A stretch of DNA of 18,804 nt, taken from Candidatus Cloacimonadota bacterium (lineage in GTDB: Bacteria > Cloacimonadota > Cloacimonadia > Cloacimonadales > WRIO01). The stretch covers positions 1-18,804 of the forward strand of contig JAKQQL010000278.1 in NCBI GenBank assembly GCA_029564175.1, in the 5' to 3' direction. Below are positions 16,726 to 18,804 of the stretch, one piece after another. How positions within the stretch are numbered: the first letter of the stretch is position 1; each line of letters begins with the position of its first letter. The position numbers and the translations under genes were made by a program. The notes beneath the pieces were generated by a model, which ran no database searches, had not been told where the DNA came from, and saw only the letters and a program-made list of their open reading frames with translations.

Positions 16726-18804
16726 TGAAGAAAAAGCTGTTAATCTCAGGTATCATAATGTTATCTTTTGTTTTACTTATCCTTTCTCTATTAATTACTA
16801 CCTATTTTTCAGAGACAATTCAAACACACATCATCAAATTTGCATTAAAACAATACAACCGTAGTATTCCTGGTGAAATAAGATTTAAAGAATTTAACGG
16901 GAATATTTTCCAAAAGTTTACGTTCCATCATTTGAGTATCCATTTTCAGCAGCAGGAAATCCTACATTTGAAAAGTCTCTCAGTTCAGTATAACACGAAA
17001 TCAGGTCATCCGTTTGCACATTTTAAAAATTTAAGAAGTAATCAGATTACAATCAATCAGATACACTTGGATTCTCTATATACACATATTACATCTAATC
17101 CGGATTCATCACTGAATATTATTGAAGCTTTGAAACCTATCAGACAATCTGCAAATAAAGAGACAAAACAAAGCAATTTTACAGTTAATCTACCTGATAT
17201 TCAATTTAAGAACAGCCTGATTCATTATCAAAAGTTGAATTCAATCAACCGTCAGGATTATACTTTTCATCATCTGAATTTTCATTCATCTGTCAAACTG
17301 AATAATGGAGAGATATCTGCTCATATTCACAATGCTGGTTTTAGCTATAACAAGATTCCTGTTAAGCTAAAAGAAGTATCCTTCAAACAAGATTCAGAGA
17401 ATCTTTATGCAAAGATGATGCAAATTGATTTTGGCAATAGTCAAATCACCGGCCAATTTTCTCAAAACACTCAAAAAAAAGAATTTCAGATACACATAAA
17501 TCACCTGGATACCCATGATATCAGCCAATTTTCAAGAACACCATTACTACCAGGTATTGCTTCTATAAAAATAATGGGCTCACAAGAGAAGAACATTCTC
17601 TATGCACAGGCTTTTATGTCCACAGAACAAGGGAATCTGGATATAAAATTGAAGTCACTTAATCTTCAAAAACAAAAGGCAGACTTTCTGCTAACATTTA
17701 ATCACTTTAATCCCCTTCAGTTTACTCATGAAGAACAACTACTTTTAGATGGTCAGGCTGAAATCAGCATTCAGAATTTTAATGTCTTAAAAAGTAAGCT
17801 GAAAGCAGATTTGCGATTTAATCAAATCCAGTTTCAAGATTATCAGCTAACAAAACTGATGACTCAAATTGAAAAAGAAAACAATCAGGCAGTGATGACA
17901 CTTTTTAGTAACATCGCCACACCCATGAATCATCAGAGACCTTTTGAACTTTTCACTCAGTTAAAATTACAACATCTTTTTAATATTGATCAGAAACTCA
18001 ATCAAAATATGGGCTATGAAGGGTGGAGCTCTTTTCGTAAGATAAATCCAGGTGATTTTTTTAAGCATGAAAAACTAAATGATTCCATAGATTTAGAACT
18101 TTCATTCAGAGGAAAGGGATTAAACCCTGAAAAGGCAGGTTTAACGGCTGAACTGAATATCTCTGGTTTTAGTAAAGACCATTTAGCTGGATTTGACGAT
18201 TTTAAATTAAAAATTGACAAACAGAATAGAACGATCTCAGCGAATTTGCATCTTAACAATATTAAGTACGACTCTCTTAAAGTGTCTAATTTTCATCTTT
18301 ATTCAGAAATCAATACAGATTTTTCAAGCCCAATATTTATCAAACATCCTACTCACGCACGGTTAACATTCCAGGATATTCGTTTTAATAATAATCGAGT
18401 CAACGAACTGATTCTCATAAGCCAATCAGAGCAAAATAACAAAACATCGAACAGTTTTTTAATAAACAGTTCACTCAGCGCTTTTGCAGGAGACAGTTTA
18501 AATCTCAATACAAATTTTACTTTTAATCCTTTAAATTTCTCTGAAGTTTTAATCAATGAGTTAGACATCCTTTTTAAACATATCAGATTGAAAAATAAGT
18601 CTCAGGCAAAACTGATTTTAAACAAACCGGATTATGCCATCGAAGATCTTAAGATAGCTATAAATAAAGGTCATTTAGATATTGATGCACAATTTAAAGA
18701 ACCTGACCAGATACAAGCAGATATCGGGATAAAAGAGTTTTTACTATCTGATTTTAACACCTTTATCAGGGGTATACATATAGAAAAAGGAATAATGAAC
18801 TGGG
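16725..18804 (+). CDS. TamB/AsmA-like translocation and assembly module protein, 3'-partial (absent from the supplied ORF track)
   Basis: ATG overlaps the upstream stop (TAATG). My translation begins MKKKLLISGIIMLSFVLLILSLLITTYFSETIQTHIIKFALKQYNRSIPGEIRFKEFNGNIF, an N-terminal membrane anchor followed by beta-rich sequence. The same frame reads ...IEKGIMNW at the window end. Its absence from the track is consistent with no in-frame stop (~693 codons). Confidence 0.82.
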   Translation, partial: MKKKLLISGIIMLSFVLLILSLLITTYFSETIQTHIIKFALKQYNRSIPGEIRFKEFNGNIFQKFTFHHLSIHFQQQEILHLKSLSVQYNTKSGHPFAHFKNLRSNQITINQIHLDSLYTHITSNPDSSLNIIEALKPIRQSANKETKQSNFTVNLPDIQFKNSLIHYQKLNSINRQDYTFHHLNFHSSVKLNNGEISAHIHNAGFSYNKIPVKLKEVSFKQDSENLYAKMMQIDFGNSQITGQFSQNTQKKEFQIHINHLDTHDISQFSRTPLLPGIASIKIMGSQEKNILYAQAFMSTEQGNLDIKLKSLNLQKQKADFLLTFNHFNPLQFTHEEQLLLDGQAEISIQNFNVLKSKLKADLRFNQIQFQDYQLTKLMTQIEKENNQAVMTLFSNIATPMNHQRPFELFTQLKLQHLFNIDQKLNQNMGYEGWSSFRKINPGDFFKHEKLNDSIDLELSFRGKGLNPEKAGLTAELNISGFSKDHLAGFDDFKLKIDKQNRTISANLHLNNIKYDSLKVSNFHLYSEINTDFSSPIFIKHPTHARLTFQDIRFNNNRVNELILISQSEQNNKTSNSFLINSSLSAFAGDSLNLNTNFTFNPLNFSEVLINELDILFKHIRLKNKSQAKLILNKPDYAIEDLKIAINKGHLDIDAQFKEPDQIQADIGIKEFLLSDFNTFIRGIHIEKGIMNW

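Noticed and set aside
18014..18568. Two minus-strand ORFs (81 and 71 aa) in the apparently gene-free right end
   Set aside because: They are antisense to the long plus-strand TamB-like frame, which explains this region.

Overview
AT-rich bacterial chromosomal window. The lineage is probably Cloacimonadota or another FCB-related diderm, inferred from the FlgD-Ig/'NYPNPFNP' C-terminal domain and the gene order. From left to right it contains: (1) a 5'-truncated IS4-family (IS50/Tn5-group) element whose single ORF fuses a DUF4338 (DruA-like) domain to an intact DDE transposase, with a candidate right terminal inverted repeat and then a cluster of REP-like palindromes; (2) a large secreted multidomain M14 zinc carboxypeptidase; (3) a divergent small membrane protein/TetR pair with two palindromic operator candidates; (4) a DUF3332 lipoprotein; (5) a minus-strand housekeeping run cmk-plsC-ispH-rpsA-aroK-Nudix-rarA; (6) a divergent tamA-like Omp85 gene coupled to a tamB-like ORF that runs off the window and is missing from the supplied ORF track. 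The most unusual element is the DUF4338-transposase fusion, whose accessory domain shows motifs reminiscent of Mom-like GNAT DNA-modifying enzymes. That resemblance is an untested inference.
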